From Stylophora pistillata (Eukaryota): a stretch of 64,000 nt of DNA. The position numbers and the translations under genes are program-made. Below are positions 1 to 11,200 of this stretch, piece after piece. The stretch is taken from contig NW_019218301.1 in assembly GCF_002571385.2 (NCBI RefSeq), positions 1 to 64,000 on the forward strand, given 5' to 3'. How positions within the stretch are numbered: the stretch's first letter is position 1; every line of letters begins with the position of its first letter. A model generated the notes under the pieces. That model saw nothing but the letters and a program-made list of their open reading frames with translations. It searched no databases and was not told the DNA's origin.

Positions 1-2131
1 CTTTTAGCTCTAGGCCCGTAAGCCTGTAAGCCCGTTACCACGTACGCCCGTTAGTCCTTTGGCTCATAGAGCCTCGTTTGCCTGTCATTTGTAGTGGAGA
101 CAATGGCCCTTTCAGGCGTCTCTTAAGATTTGTCGTTACACTTTTCTGTTTTGAATTTTTTGGATTGCGTTGTTTGTTAGGTCCTTCACAATCTGTAAAC
201 TATTATCTGGGGGTTTCCTCTCGAACAACTACAGGATCTATTAGTCTCATCCACTTAATGTCTTTTGTTTTGATGGAAATGGGAAATCCTCCCAGCACAT
301 TCGACTATGCTAGCTACCACTCAGTGGAAAAACGAGAGATCAGCTTGATGAAAACAACAACAAGGAACAAGCTTTGGTATGACTTCATCGCATTTACTCT
401 TCTGATATTGACCTTCGTTCTAAATAGTTACTGCAAACGGCACCGCTTCTTAACACTTTCTTTTTTTTTCCACCAGTTATCCTCTCTTACCCTTCCACAC
501 GTGATTATTAACGACGACAAACCGAATATTAACGAAGACAAGCCGAATATCCGTCGGACACAAAGTCACGAGCCACGCCGATCAAATCCGCCACCTTTTC
601 CCTTGACCCAAATCGCTGAGAAATACCTCCTTTTAAGTCCCGAAGCTTTTCGGCGGTCAACTGCCACCACATGCGCAAAAGGAATCCAAAATGCAAGAGA
701 AAAAAAGAAGCACCGAAACCAGAGACACAAGAGTTAGAGAACATCTCGAAAGATGAAATAGAAATTGTTAGAGAAGCAAACAACGAGGATGAATCGGAAA
801 CAGCGATAAACCGAGGCCTAAGGACTACAGACAGCGCTGGTGATATTTGGATTTGTACAACTAAGAACATCGCATACGAATGCTGATCCAAACTATTTAA
901 TTTTGGATTCACCTGTAGTTCCTCTTTCTAATGGTGGCCGTAGAGTAAAGAGAATACGATGAAGTGGTCTTTTAACTGACCAGAATTATGAGAATTTTCA
1001 CCCACTATGAAGATCATCTCTTATAGTTAATTTCGTGCGGGTTTTATTGAAAGGTGTTTAACAAGCTTAGAAAAGTCTCTTCCAAACAGTTTTCAAAAAC
1101 CAGCCGCGCCGAAAAAAAAAATTAAGCAGAGGTATTCACCCATAGCATGGACATGATGAATTGGAACGAAACGAACGGTGTGACAGAACTTTTGTAACGT
1201 ATCGAAACTAACCAATCAAGATGAAATTCAATGAAACAACAATAACGCGATGAGAATGCCCAATTAGCTCGAACGAACCAGATCAATGCAATTCCTATGA
1301 CACACAACTTATCCCTTGACTCCAGTGAGGACTTTCATTAAGGACGTGAGTTTTCAGTCATGTCCTCTGTTCGATCGAATTCTAAAATGTTTTAGCTTTA
1401 CCTTTTTTTATACAGTTTCATCTACGAATGAGAAGCAGGATGATCCTAAAGGAGATGACCGTGACACTCCAGCTGAGGCTCGTGAAGCAGGCGACTTTCA
1501 GATGATACTCGCAAACACCAAGTTATTTGCGCCGATGGCAGTGTTTAAATCGATAGGAACAGGATCACTTAACAAGCCTTGTGTTATCTATACCAGGCAT
1601 GAAAACAACCTCGTAACTTTATAGAAACTTCCAAGATACTTCGTGGCAAATAAGAAAATACAGTCCTACTCCAAGACTTCCCACAGCCGAACATACAATA
1701 AGGGGTCTGGTTACGAGATTGACGTATGAGAGGTTTCTCAAAGGAACACCAACTTCCCCGAAGAATCAAAATGTTACATCGCACTCACCCTGCAATAAAA
1801 AACACACGAGAAAAAAAGATCACGAGAAAAGATTGTGTCACACACACGACATCCAGCGCACAACAGAATAATATAAACAGCGAAAAATGAGGAATTATGT
1901 ATGATACCTTCTTTACAATTTTTTCATTTACTGATTAATTTATCTGTTTTTCGTTTTAGGCCACCTTCAGGAAGATCAGATGGAATCCACAAACTTGACA
2001 TACTGGTGTCTGAATCGCGTGAAAAAATGAAAAGCGAGTCCACCACCCGTGGACAGAACGTGAGCGAATGACGAAGGGCTGACGCTCTGACGAAGGTATA
2101 ACAGTCAAAAGATCAGCTTACTTATATAACA

Positions 2132-2216
2132 GCCTCGTTAGCGCAGTAGGCAGCGCGTCAGTCTCATAATCTTAAAGGAAATCTGAAGGACGTGAGTTCG
2201 ATCCTCACACGGGGCA
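2132..2216 (+). tRNA. tRNA-Met(CAU), elongator type, with a 12-nt intron (2169-2180) at the canonical 37/38 position
   Basis: GCCTCGTTAGCGCAGTAGGCAGCGCGTCAGTCTCATA|atcttaaaggaa|ATCTGAAGGACGTGAGTTCGATCCTCACACGGGGCA. Removing the intron gives a 73-nt animal-type elongator tRNA-Met. A T-run lies just downstream. Confidence 0.92.
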
Positions 2217-2914
2217 ATGTTTTTGAAGTTTTTATAGCCAAACCAGTCTTTCAGGAAACCGTAAGGCTTTTAAAGAAGCAAACTTTAAAACGACTCTGTT
2301 ATTTGCACGGACAGCAAGACTAAAACAAATATAATTAAAGGTACTTCTCCCAGAAATGAAAAGCAAGAGTAGGCCTCGGCTATGGCTTTTGAAACTGCAT
2401 GAGAAGGGATTACCTCTCCTGTCGGTTTATACTTAGTATAAATTTTTTTTGCCGAGACCACTTATTGTATCTCGTTCCTTTATTGATGATATTTTAGTCT
2501 TTCTAAATATTCTCTTTCCTTTTCTTTTGCAGCCCACGCAGTTTCCATCTCCCTGTATTTTCTTTCCTATATTTTCTTTCTTCTTTATAAAGATGATAAA
2601 CAAGCAGAAAATGAATAATGGTGACGTCATCTGTCCACCGATTCGTTATAAAAACGAACCAATGAAAACGCTTTTGTAATTCCATTTTGCTGTTTTGCCT
2701 TGTAAGTAGTGTTTTGAATTTTTCTTGGGACGTCTGTACTTTTGTGTGACATATTTTAACTCGGTGCTTCTGAGAAATGTTGGGTGGTGAAGTGCTTTAT
2801 GCCACTGAAAGTACATCGCTCAACCGGTCTGTTCTAACTTAAGTCGTCTTAGTTATACGGAATCCAACCGCTATCATGCCATGAACCAACAACGAANTAT
2901 TTGTCGTAAGGTGC

Positions 2915-2987
2915 GGTCCGTTAGCTCAGTCGGCAGAGCGCGGTGCTGATAACGCCGAGGTCGTGAGTTCAAACCTCACACGGACTA
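2915..2987 (+). tRNA. tRNA-Ile(GAU)
   Basis: Complete cloverleaf GGTCCGT TA GCTC AGTCGGCA GAGC G CGGTG CTGATAA CGCCG AGGTC GTGAG TTCAAAC CTCAC ACGGACT A. All stems pair, A and B boxes are present, and a T-run follows. Confidence 0.9.
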
Positions 2988-3429
2988 TTATTTTACCCCA
3001 AATGAACTATTTTCTTTGTTTTGTCAGGCCCTCTGCAAATTTATCAAAAGAAAGCCTCAAATTCACATATGCAGTACATTGTAGTTTTTAATGTATTCCC
3101 ACATGAAAATATCCTAAATATGAAGACCGAGAAATCCCATTCGCATCGGCATTCTTTGTCCTCTTTGATAAGAGCCGCAAATATCCCTAAATCAAAGATT
3201 ACTAGAAATTTTGATGGAAAATTTCTCTAACTAAGAACTTGTACTCTTTCAAGTATGCACCATGCATAGGACAGCGGTCGCATTATGGTGCCCATTCCGT
3301 GATATACGTTGAGATCGACATTCCCTGTCCTGCAAAATATGGCTAAACACCCCAGAAAGACAGGTAATGTATTATTTGCCTGTCCAAGTAAAATTAGAAT
3401 AGTGAACAGGCTTGAAACAAAGTTAGAAA

Positions 3430-4050
3430 AAAGAGCCATGAGCACTATGACTTATGGAACGGAATCATGAGATAAAAACGCGTGAGGGGCAGGAAACAAA
3501 GTGCGAAAACAAATCACCTCTGGAAAATCATACGAAATCTGGTTGGCAGAGAAGAAAGCCAGTGCTAACATCTCTAAAGATTCAGAAAATAACTGCGAGG
3601 GAGACAAAAATACACCAAAGGCAGTGGAAAATCCTTTGAGGTGTGGCTGCAGGACAAACAAAAGCAAAACAAAATGAGTTAGTCCAGAAGGTTACCACAG
3701 AAAAAAAACGAAAAAGACTAGAGGAGATAGACCAGTTGGCAAAATGCCTAAATCCACATTACAAGACTTACGAGGACTGGCTAGCAATCAAGGCAACCAA
3801 GCTGTCCGAGAGCGACAGCGGGCTCGACACGAACTGCAAAGAGAACATGAGGATCACGGTCTCTTCAGAGGAAAAACAGAAAGACGCCAAAATTGTTTTC
3901 AACATCTGGCAAACAATGAAAGCTCTTAAACAACTTGATGGAGAAGAAAGAAAATACAGCGAGTTGAAAGCAAGGTTGGCTGCAAAGAAAAAGGACAAGA
4001 AGCCTTTTAAAAGACTCAATATTTTAAGTAAAAGAACAAGATACATGTTG
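3430..4050 (+). pseudogene. Frameshifted remnant of a charged coiled-coil protein with repeated [FY]-x-x-W-x-x-x-K motifs (CCDC34/CCDC181/MAP9-like)
   Basis: The motifs GKSYEIWLAEKK, GKSFEVWLQDK, KTYEDWLAIK and IVFNIWQTMK occur in succession but across three reading frames, in K/E-rich context. The family call rests on motif recognition only. Confidence 0.45.
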
Positions 4051-4233
4051 AAACCCGCCTCAGCAAAAATTTATCACATATGCTTTTTTTTACTATGCAG
4101 TGCAAGAGCCATAGTCGAGCCATACTCCTTACTCTTNCTTTGGAAACTTACCCCCTTTTATTCATATGTTTTAAGATTTCAAAGCCAAGCTGCCTCCCGT
4201 TAAATTACCTGGGTAAAGGTACTTAAAAAGGGA

Positions 4234-4316
4234 TGCCCCGTGTGTGGATCGAACTCACGACCTTCAGATATCTAATTTAACTTTGAGACTGACGCGCTGG
4301 CAACTGCTAACAAGGC
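4234..4316 (-). pseudogene. tRNA-Met-derived pseudogene with a 12-nt intron, anticodon mutated to CAA and a 2-nt D-stem deletion
   Basis: Reverse complement reads GCCTTGTTAGCAGTTGCCAGCGCGTCAGTCTCAAA|gttaaattagat|ATCTGAAGGTCGTGAGTTCGATCCACACACGGGGCA. Confidence 0.85.
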
Positions 4317-4857
4317 GGTTAAATAAAATCGTTGGCATGTGGTTTCATGATTTTGGCATCTACCTTACTTTAAGATTTTACTGTATAATACTTCCTACGA
4401 TGATTGACTGACGGTTATAGTGTCCACATGATATTTTATCTTATTTACTTATCTATTTATTTATGACCATTTCAACTAATCACGAATTTACCGACGGTGA
4501 AATAAGGCGCTCTTCTTCATCCGTCCATACAGAAAACAGTTAGTGTAAGGGACGTGGACATGGCCGTCGAAGAAGGCCTGAAGATAACCAATGCCAGATT
4601 GATAGATTTAAACATTGGAATGAACTACCGTTTGACAATAACTGTTCCTACTTTTCACTTTTCATTGGCACTTAAGACAGACATGTTAAATCCGTCGAAT
4701 CTCAATTCAGAAAACTTCCAACAAAATTGACTTATTTCGCAGCACACACATCGCTGCATGATTGTAAAACGAGAAGGGAGGAGATGGATTCCACACGGCA
4801 GTTTTAGTATCATAAAACACCTTGCTTACCACAAGACGGTTTTCATGGGCGCTTTTT

Positions 4858-4912
4858 TAAACCCGTATCTAAACCCACTACTAAACCCACTAAACCCACA
4901 CGTTTTAAACCC
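4858..4912 (+). repeat. Five spaced TAAACCC motifs about 50 bp upstream of tRNA-Lys
   Basis: TAAACCC starts at 4858, 4870, 4882, 4891 and 4906. Confidence 0.7.
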
Positions 4913-4961
4913 ACTCAGTACAGCGCTCACAAACAAAATTCATACCGATTTTACACGTCCA

Positions 4962-5034
4962 GCCCGGTTAGCTCAGTCGGTAGAGCATCAGACTTTTAAT
5001 CTGAGGGTCATGGGTTCAAGTCCCATATCGGGCG
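4962..5034 (+). tRNA. tRNA-Lys(UUU)
   Basis: GCCCGGT TA GCTC AGTCGGTA GAGC A TCAGA CTTTTAA TCTGA GGGTC ATGGG TTCAAGT CCCAT ATCGGGC G. Intact stems; long T-run terminator from about 5043. Confidence 0.95.
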
Positions 5035-5558
5035 GCATACAATTTTTTTTTTTCCTACACAACTTGGCTCAACTAAAAAGTTTCTATTGGTGCAGCTGTG
5101 AGACCTGTGCAAGAGAGATTGAAGAAGCATGGCGGAAAATATCATCGGACTCACTCACACTACCCTGCTGACTTACGGACGGGCATCATAACATGGCTCG
5201 TTATGCAGGGTTTCAGTCTGAATGAAGGGTTGAGCTGTGAAAAAGTCATGGGGAAGATGACAATACACAGAAATTTCGGAAATGTACCAGAGATTATTCA
5301 CGTCCTATATTTTTTTAACATTGCATTGCATAACCAACTAGTCAATGATTTCATTTTTGAAGGTCCCACGGAAAACCGCCTGGCGAGTTGGGTTCTCTAA
5401 CTAGATATTGCTATCATTATTATAATTATTATTACTATTATTGCTATTGTTATTATCATTATTAGTATTAAATTTCCTTGGATGGAGTACGCTATCTTCG
5501 ATTAAAAGATGGAAAGTATTGTTCTCACACAACTAGATGCCATTATCATTAACATCGA

Positions 5559-5631
5559 CGTCCACTATGAGTCTTGAACCCATGACCCTCAGATTAAAAG
5601 TCTGATGCTCTACCGACTGAGCTATTGGGGC
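5559..5631 (-). pseudogene. tRNA-Lys(UUU) pseudogene
   Basis: The D and anticodon arms match 4962-5034, but the acceptor stem GCCCCAA/AGTGGAC has four mismatches. Confidence 0.85.
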
Positions 5632-5773
5632 GACCTATAGTCTAGACTTTTTCGTCAAGTTTTCGTCTTACTGAAGACCACTGAACGCCTGAGCGCGAGT
5701 TTATCGTATGCAGGGTATCTCGAACTCTTTACAAGAATATGTTAAAAATTCATTCACAGAGATAACTGTAATT

Positions 5774-5858
5774 GCCTCGTTAGCGCAGTGGGCAGCGCGT
5801 CAGTCTCATAACATAATAAGATATCTGAAGGTCGTGAGTTCGATCCTCACACGGGGTT
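5774..5858 (+). tRNA. tRNA-Met(CAU) with a 12-nt intron (5811-5822); 3' end variant
   Basis: GCCTCGTTAGCGCAGTGGGCAGCGCGTCAGTCTCATA|acataataagat|ATCTGAAGGTCGTGAGTTCGATCCTCACACGGGGTT. The last two bases run into the T terminator. Confidence 0.8.
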
Positions 5859-6563
5859 TTTATACCCAAGCCAGTCTTTCAGGAAACCGTAAAACGACTC
5901 TTTTATTTGAATGGACCGCAAGACTAAAAAGGAATATGAGTTAAGGTATTCTGCATTAACATATTTTTGTTCTCAAATACATTTTTTGCCACAAAGGTTT
6001 CTTTCATTCACTTCTAATTAAACTACATCATATGCGAATCAAGGAGCCAACCGAATGAGAGTACTTCTCCCAGAAATGAAAAGTAAGAGTAGGCCTCGGC
6101 TATGACTTTGAAACTGCATGAGAAGGGCCCAGCTCCTATCGGTTTATACTTAGTATACATTTGTTTTGATCGAGTCTTTCTAAATATTCTCTTTCCTTTT
6201 CTTTTGCAGCCCTCTTAGCTTTCATCTACCTGGATTTTCTTTCCTATATTTTCTTTCTTCTTCCTCTGTCCTCCGATTGCTTATAAATAAGAACCAATCA
6301 AAACGCTTGGGTAATTCCATTTTGCTGTTTTGCCTTGTAGTAATTTTTTTAAATTTTTTCTCGGGACCGCTGGACTTTTGTATGATAGATTTTAACTGGG
6401 TGCTTCTGAGAAATGTTGGGTGGTGAGAAAAGTGCTTCATGTCACTGAAAGTACATCGCTCAACCGGTCTGTTCTAACTTAAGTCGTCTTAGCTGTACGG
6501 AATCCAACCGCTATCATGCCCTGAACCAACAACGAAGAGCAAGAAAAAAAGTGTTGGGGACTC

Positions 6564-6630
6564 CGCCCAATATTGAACCCATGACCCTCAGATTAAAAGT
6601 CTAATGCTCTACCGACTAAGCTAACCGGAC
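6564..6630 (-). pseudogene. tRNA-Lys(UUU) pseudogene with a T-arm deletion
   Basis: Reverse complement reads GTCCGGTTAGCTTAGTCGGTAGAGCATTAGACTTTTAATCTGAGGGTCATGGGTTCAA-TATTGGGCG; 6 nt of the T loop/stem are missing. Confidence 0.85.
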
Positions 6631-7166
6631 GACTCATATTCATGGTTTCTTCGTGATGTCTTCTTCAACCCCGGACCCCAAGTTAGTTCTATCCTAGCCA
6701 CACCAACTGTCTACAAGAGTTTTCCAAGATCTCAATTAGACTGGTTTTAGTTGTTGTGGTTAGAGCAGCACCATGTTTCATAAAGTTCGATCAACATGCA
6801 AGTTCTTATAGCTGCGTCAACTGACGCAAGACGACTGCACGAGAAATACAGAGCCGCTATTTAACTCCGGTCTACATCTTACTGGTTTGACACCTTTTCA
6901 TGCTTATATTGAGAGCAAATTTATAACAAATTAACTACCTCTGCCTGGCGATAAAGAAATACTATTTTATTTATCACAAGACAATAAAATACCCACTTTG
7001 AAAGCTTTTGAGAGATGTTGATGGATACCCGCGGATTCTCCATATCTTTTCCTATAATTTCGTTCTCATTCCTTCGTCTTGAAAAATTTATATGTTGGCA
7101 ATGATGCGTGAGATAACTTAACCTCAGGATTAAGATTTTCCACTTAAGATATTTATCGCAAGGTGC

Positions 7167-7239
7167 GGTCTGTTAGCTCAGTCGGCAGAGCGCGGTGCTG
7201 ATAACGCCGAGGTCGTGAGTTCAAACCTCACACGGACTA
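7167..7239 (+). tRNA. tRNA-Ile(GAU), second copy
   Basis: Identical to 2915-2987 except C5>T, which gives a G:U pair in the acceptor stem. Confidence 0.88.
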
Positions 7240-7347
7240 TTATTTTACCCCAAATGAACTATTTTCTTTGTTTAGTTAGGCCCTCTGCAAACTTATCAAA
7301 AGAAAGCCTCAAATTTACCTATGCAGTACATTGTAGTTTTTAATGTA

Positions 7348-7480
7348 GATAGGTTTTGCACAGCAGCCATGTTGGATGGCAGGAACAATGAAAATATTTT
7401 GTATAAGATAGAAAAATTTTTCGCATGGGTAAAATAATCTATTGTTCCTGCCATCCAAAATTACTGCTGTGCAAAACCTC
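7348..7480. mobile_element. MITE with about 40-bp terminal inverted repeats, inserted at TA
   Basis: AGGTTTTGCACAGCAGCCATGTTGGATGGCAGGAACAAT ... ATTGTTCCTGCCATCCAAAATTACTGCTGTGCAAAACCT, flanked by TA on both sides. The empty site AATG-TA-TTCCC is present in the paralogous segment at 3090-3100. Confidence 0.88.
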
Positions 7481-8149
7481 TATTCCCACATGAAAATACC
7501 CTTAATATGAATACCAAGAAATCACATTCTCTTAGACATTCTTTGTTCTCTTTGATATGAGCCGCAAACATCCCTAAATCAACGATTACTAGAAATTTTG
7601 ATGGAAAATTTCCCTAACTGAGAACTTGTACTCTTTAAAGTATGTACCAGGACAGCGGTCGCATTGTGGTGCCCATTCCATGATATACGTTGAGATCGAC
7701 ATTCCCTGGCTGCAAAATATGTGCAAGCACCCCAGAAAGACAGATAATGTATTATTTTCCCCTCCAAGTAAAGTCATTTTATCAGTAACTCTTTGTCTTT
7801 TTTTTTTTTTCTAATTTGATAATGACTTGTTCCTGTAAAATAACTGAGTGTGAAGTGTCGTCAGGAAAAGAATGTTGAGTAATCACTGCAGATCACAAAC
7901 TATTTCGAAACACTTGTGATACTCTACCGTGATAATGATGGCCCAGGAAGTCTTCCAGTTACAAGTTGCTCCTAAACGAGCCCTTTGGGGGCGACATCTT
8001 AGTTTTATTCATATTGTAGGTTTCCTCAGGTAGAGGTTCTGTTTAAAATGGTGGAATGAATTCAAATTCTCCGATTGTAAATATCGCGACGATCGTACTA
8101 TGGTGCGACTTTGCAGTAAGTTGTTTAAAACAACTTTGAAAAAAAATTC

Positions 8150-8234
8150 TGCCCCGTGTGGGGATCGAACTCACGACCTTCAGATATCTTGTTGAATTAT
8201 GAGAGTGACGTGCTGCCTACTGCGCTATCGAAGC
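8150..8234 (-). tRNA. tRNA-Met(CAU) with a 12-nt intron; degenerate, probably a pseudogene
   Basis: Reverse complement reads GCTTCGATAGCGCAGTAGGCAGCACGTCACTCTCATA|attcaacaagat|ATCTGAAGGTCGTGAGTTCGATCCCCACACGGGGCA, with mismatches in several stems. Confidence 0.8.
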
Positions 8235-11200
8235 ACCTCGATAGGGCTAAGGTAAAACAGTTGACAATGCTAACGCTCGCGATACCTGTTTTTATATACC
8301 AATCCTCTAACAAGATATATATGAAATTGCAGTTTGCGAAAGGCTTTTTTGACAACATGTGTTCCAGCTTCTCACTGAAATAGGTAGGCTCCATTTATTT
8401 TGAGTCGATAACGGAATGCTGCCAACTGTATTCTGGAATCCCTTTGTTATGATCATCATCATAATCATTTTTTTTTCTTTTAAATAATTTCAACGATCAA
8501 TGAAAAATGATAAAATGAAGACTGCTGTTGTTGTTTTTCTGACTGGGTGAGCGTTTATATGAGGGCGGTCTATGTCACGTCGAGCAAATAGGTGTACGGT
8601 AATGGCTGGCTAGTTAGCAAGCACTAAGCGGTAATTGGTGGCCTTTTCTGCTAGTAAAACACAATCATATGCAGTTAGAAAGGAAGAATTATTTGAAGTT
8701 AATCCCGCTCTGTTCGAAACAATCAGGCGCCTCGTTTGAATACTATACGTTATTTAATTTCGATTTAAACAAGCTTTTGGGTGCCGTGCTTTAAACCACA
8801 AGTTTGTCAACATCAGTAACCTGATGTATATTTAGCAAACTATCTCATTGCTGACGCAGGAAGATGTCTAATAGCCGCTATCTATAGTCAAAGCTGCGTA
8901 TTTGTCTAATTACTGCAGCACTTCTCCGATTGCACGTCGACGACATCTCAAAATCGCTTAAACAGGAAATAAACTTGTTTCCAGTCGAGCGCCCGGTAGC
9001 ACCTTTCAACTTCATTGACGTACTTCAGCCGGCTTTGGATCTTCAATCATCTGTCCCATGTTTCGTTGATGAGAGACCAAATTTAGACGGCAAGGAGCTT
9101 TAGTGCAAAAAGCATTAAGTCGGGAAAAATAATATTTGAAATAATGGTAAAATAATGAAAAGTAGGGCAAGATTTCCGCATTGTCCCATAATCGGCATTA
9201 TGAATACCGTATTAATAGATTGCCTTATTTGGGACTACGGTTTTGGATGTATAGCATGGGTAACATGGAAATCTTTCCAAAAGGCAGTACGTTTTGATGA
9301 CAAACAGACAAAACTAAAAATTTCTGGAATCAGTTTTCTTGTATCGACCTGATTATGAAGCAAATGTCTTTCATTCTTTATGACGATCTGTTTCCTCGTG
9401 TCTCATTAACCTGAACGCAACTAAAATCATATTCGCAAGCCTGACAGATCGGTTCATCGGCTGAGGTCGGCTTTTTTTGTTTTCGATCTTGTGATGTTTA
9501 TTCATAAATTTCATTTCTTACTTACATACATAACAATGGAATTATTTTACTTCAACTGTTTCTGCATATCCCTAACGATTACGCTCAATAAAACTCCTTT
9601 TTCATGGCATTATTTCACTTCTCTGTGCGACGGGATGTTTTAATGTCGTTGGGAAACATAAACGAGGACAATTCCTATTTCGCATCATATCAGCTGGCGA
9701 AGATTTAGTTTTTAAAACATGCAAATATAGTTTCAGAGCCAAATTAAATGAATGATAAATTTGCATGTTGACGATTGTTTTTTCCTCTTTTTCCCCATAG
9801 AAATGATAATCTTTTTTAATAGCTTCTGGTGTGTTTCGAGATTAACGAGATACTTTGTACCGTGCAAACATAGTAAATAAGTAGAGGAAATGTCTTTTTT
9901 ACGAGCCGAATATGAGACAGTTATTAACTTCAAGATGTGGGAAAAAAACAACATCTGATGAAAATGTATTAAAAAAAAGGCTCCCGGATTATGTAGTTAA
10001 GCACGTTTTGCAATATCTAGTGGTTACTCGATATTTTATTTCTACACATAGGATAGATTCTTTGAAAAACATTCGGCACGATCATTATATTTATACAAGG
10101 AACCTCGTTTAGTTTTCCTTATTTACAAACGTCATTGAGATATTCCATTTTCGTTTTCTCTAATGAGGGCGATAAAAAGTGCTTCGTACACAAGTCGCAT
10201 GATTTTCTCAAATGCGCTCACTCCCAACAACGGATTCAACTCTTACGCATCAAGATGCAAACTCACCAAATATAATGAAAACCCACACTTTATAGTTGCT
10301 AAGTGGTCTCGGTGTATATTGCTCTTTGATTGTCCATCTGGGAAAAAAAGTACCTTAAAATCTCTTGTTTAAGACTCGAAGAAATTGTCTTTGATAATGC
10401 AAGTTGTCAGAGGAATCACAGACAGCTTTTTTTCTGAGTTTATGGCTCATGATTCCTCGGTTTGTTAGATCCCCGAGCCCACACTTGCGTGAACGAAGCT
10501 CTCGTGAGCCATCAACCGTCTTCCCGGGACTCTGCGCGTTTGTCGCCGTTGAAAGGCCCGCCATTTCCTCCCCGTTAGAGAACATGTTCTTAGTTGTCTG
10601 AGAATCTGGACTTTCTTTAAAATCGCTCCCATTCAGAATGTTTCGCCCAAACGTAGGAATGCTTCTACTTCTTTTCATCCCATCGTCCGCTTGGTAGAGC
10701 GTCGTCTGATTAAGGGTGCTATCCGATCCAAACATGGCACTATTTCTTGTCCATCTACCGAATAAACCTTTGCCAGATGAGTTTGGTCTCTGTTCCGGCT
10801 TATTTTCCGTTGTGAGGTTGTAGCTGTAGTGCAGAATTCGGTTTTACCCTTCACCATCTTGATGATCCATTTTAAGTGTGTTTCAACCTATCCAAGTTTC
10901 GCTCAGCAAACGTGACAGTGGAATTGTAGTATGAGATTCTTGTTCAATACGGCTTCTTCAACCGAAAAAACTGACTTAGCTTCTCTCGCCTCAAGACTCC
11001 TTCGGTGCAAGTCAATTAAATCACGAGTCGGTTCCTTCCAGTATCAACGAGGACGATTGTTAATAGACAAGAGGGGGAGGGAGGGGAGGAATTTAGACCA
11101 CGCTTGAGAAGTGGGAAAATATCACTTGATCTCCAGGAAATAGATTCAACTGATTATTCATTACGAATCGAACCGGCTCATTTGAAACTTGTTTCGTCAT

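Larger units (their letters stand above)
5774..7770 (+). repeat. Diverged segmental duplicate of about 2132-3390, carrying tRNA-Met and tRNA-Ile
   Basis: 5774-6536 aligns to 2132-2896 and about 7149-7770 aligns to about 2897-3390. This copy has extra segments at about 5950-6060, 6540-7148 and 7348-7480. Confidence 0.9.

Noticed and set aside
78-912. ORFs 78-737, 529-912 and 671-886 as genes
   Set aside because: No recognisable domain, conflicting overlapping frames and no convincing splice model; at most the decayed 3' end of a gene starting outside the window.
4858-4912. TAAACCC repeats as interstitial telomere sequence
   Set aside because: The copies are separated by variable spacers rather than tandem, and they do not match the TTAGGG repeat expected for this kind of animal.
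4758-5944. ORFs 4758-5171, 5098-5400 and 5708-5944
   Set aside because: They read through tRNA genes, simple repeats or their flanks and have no protein-like features.
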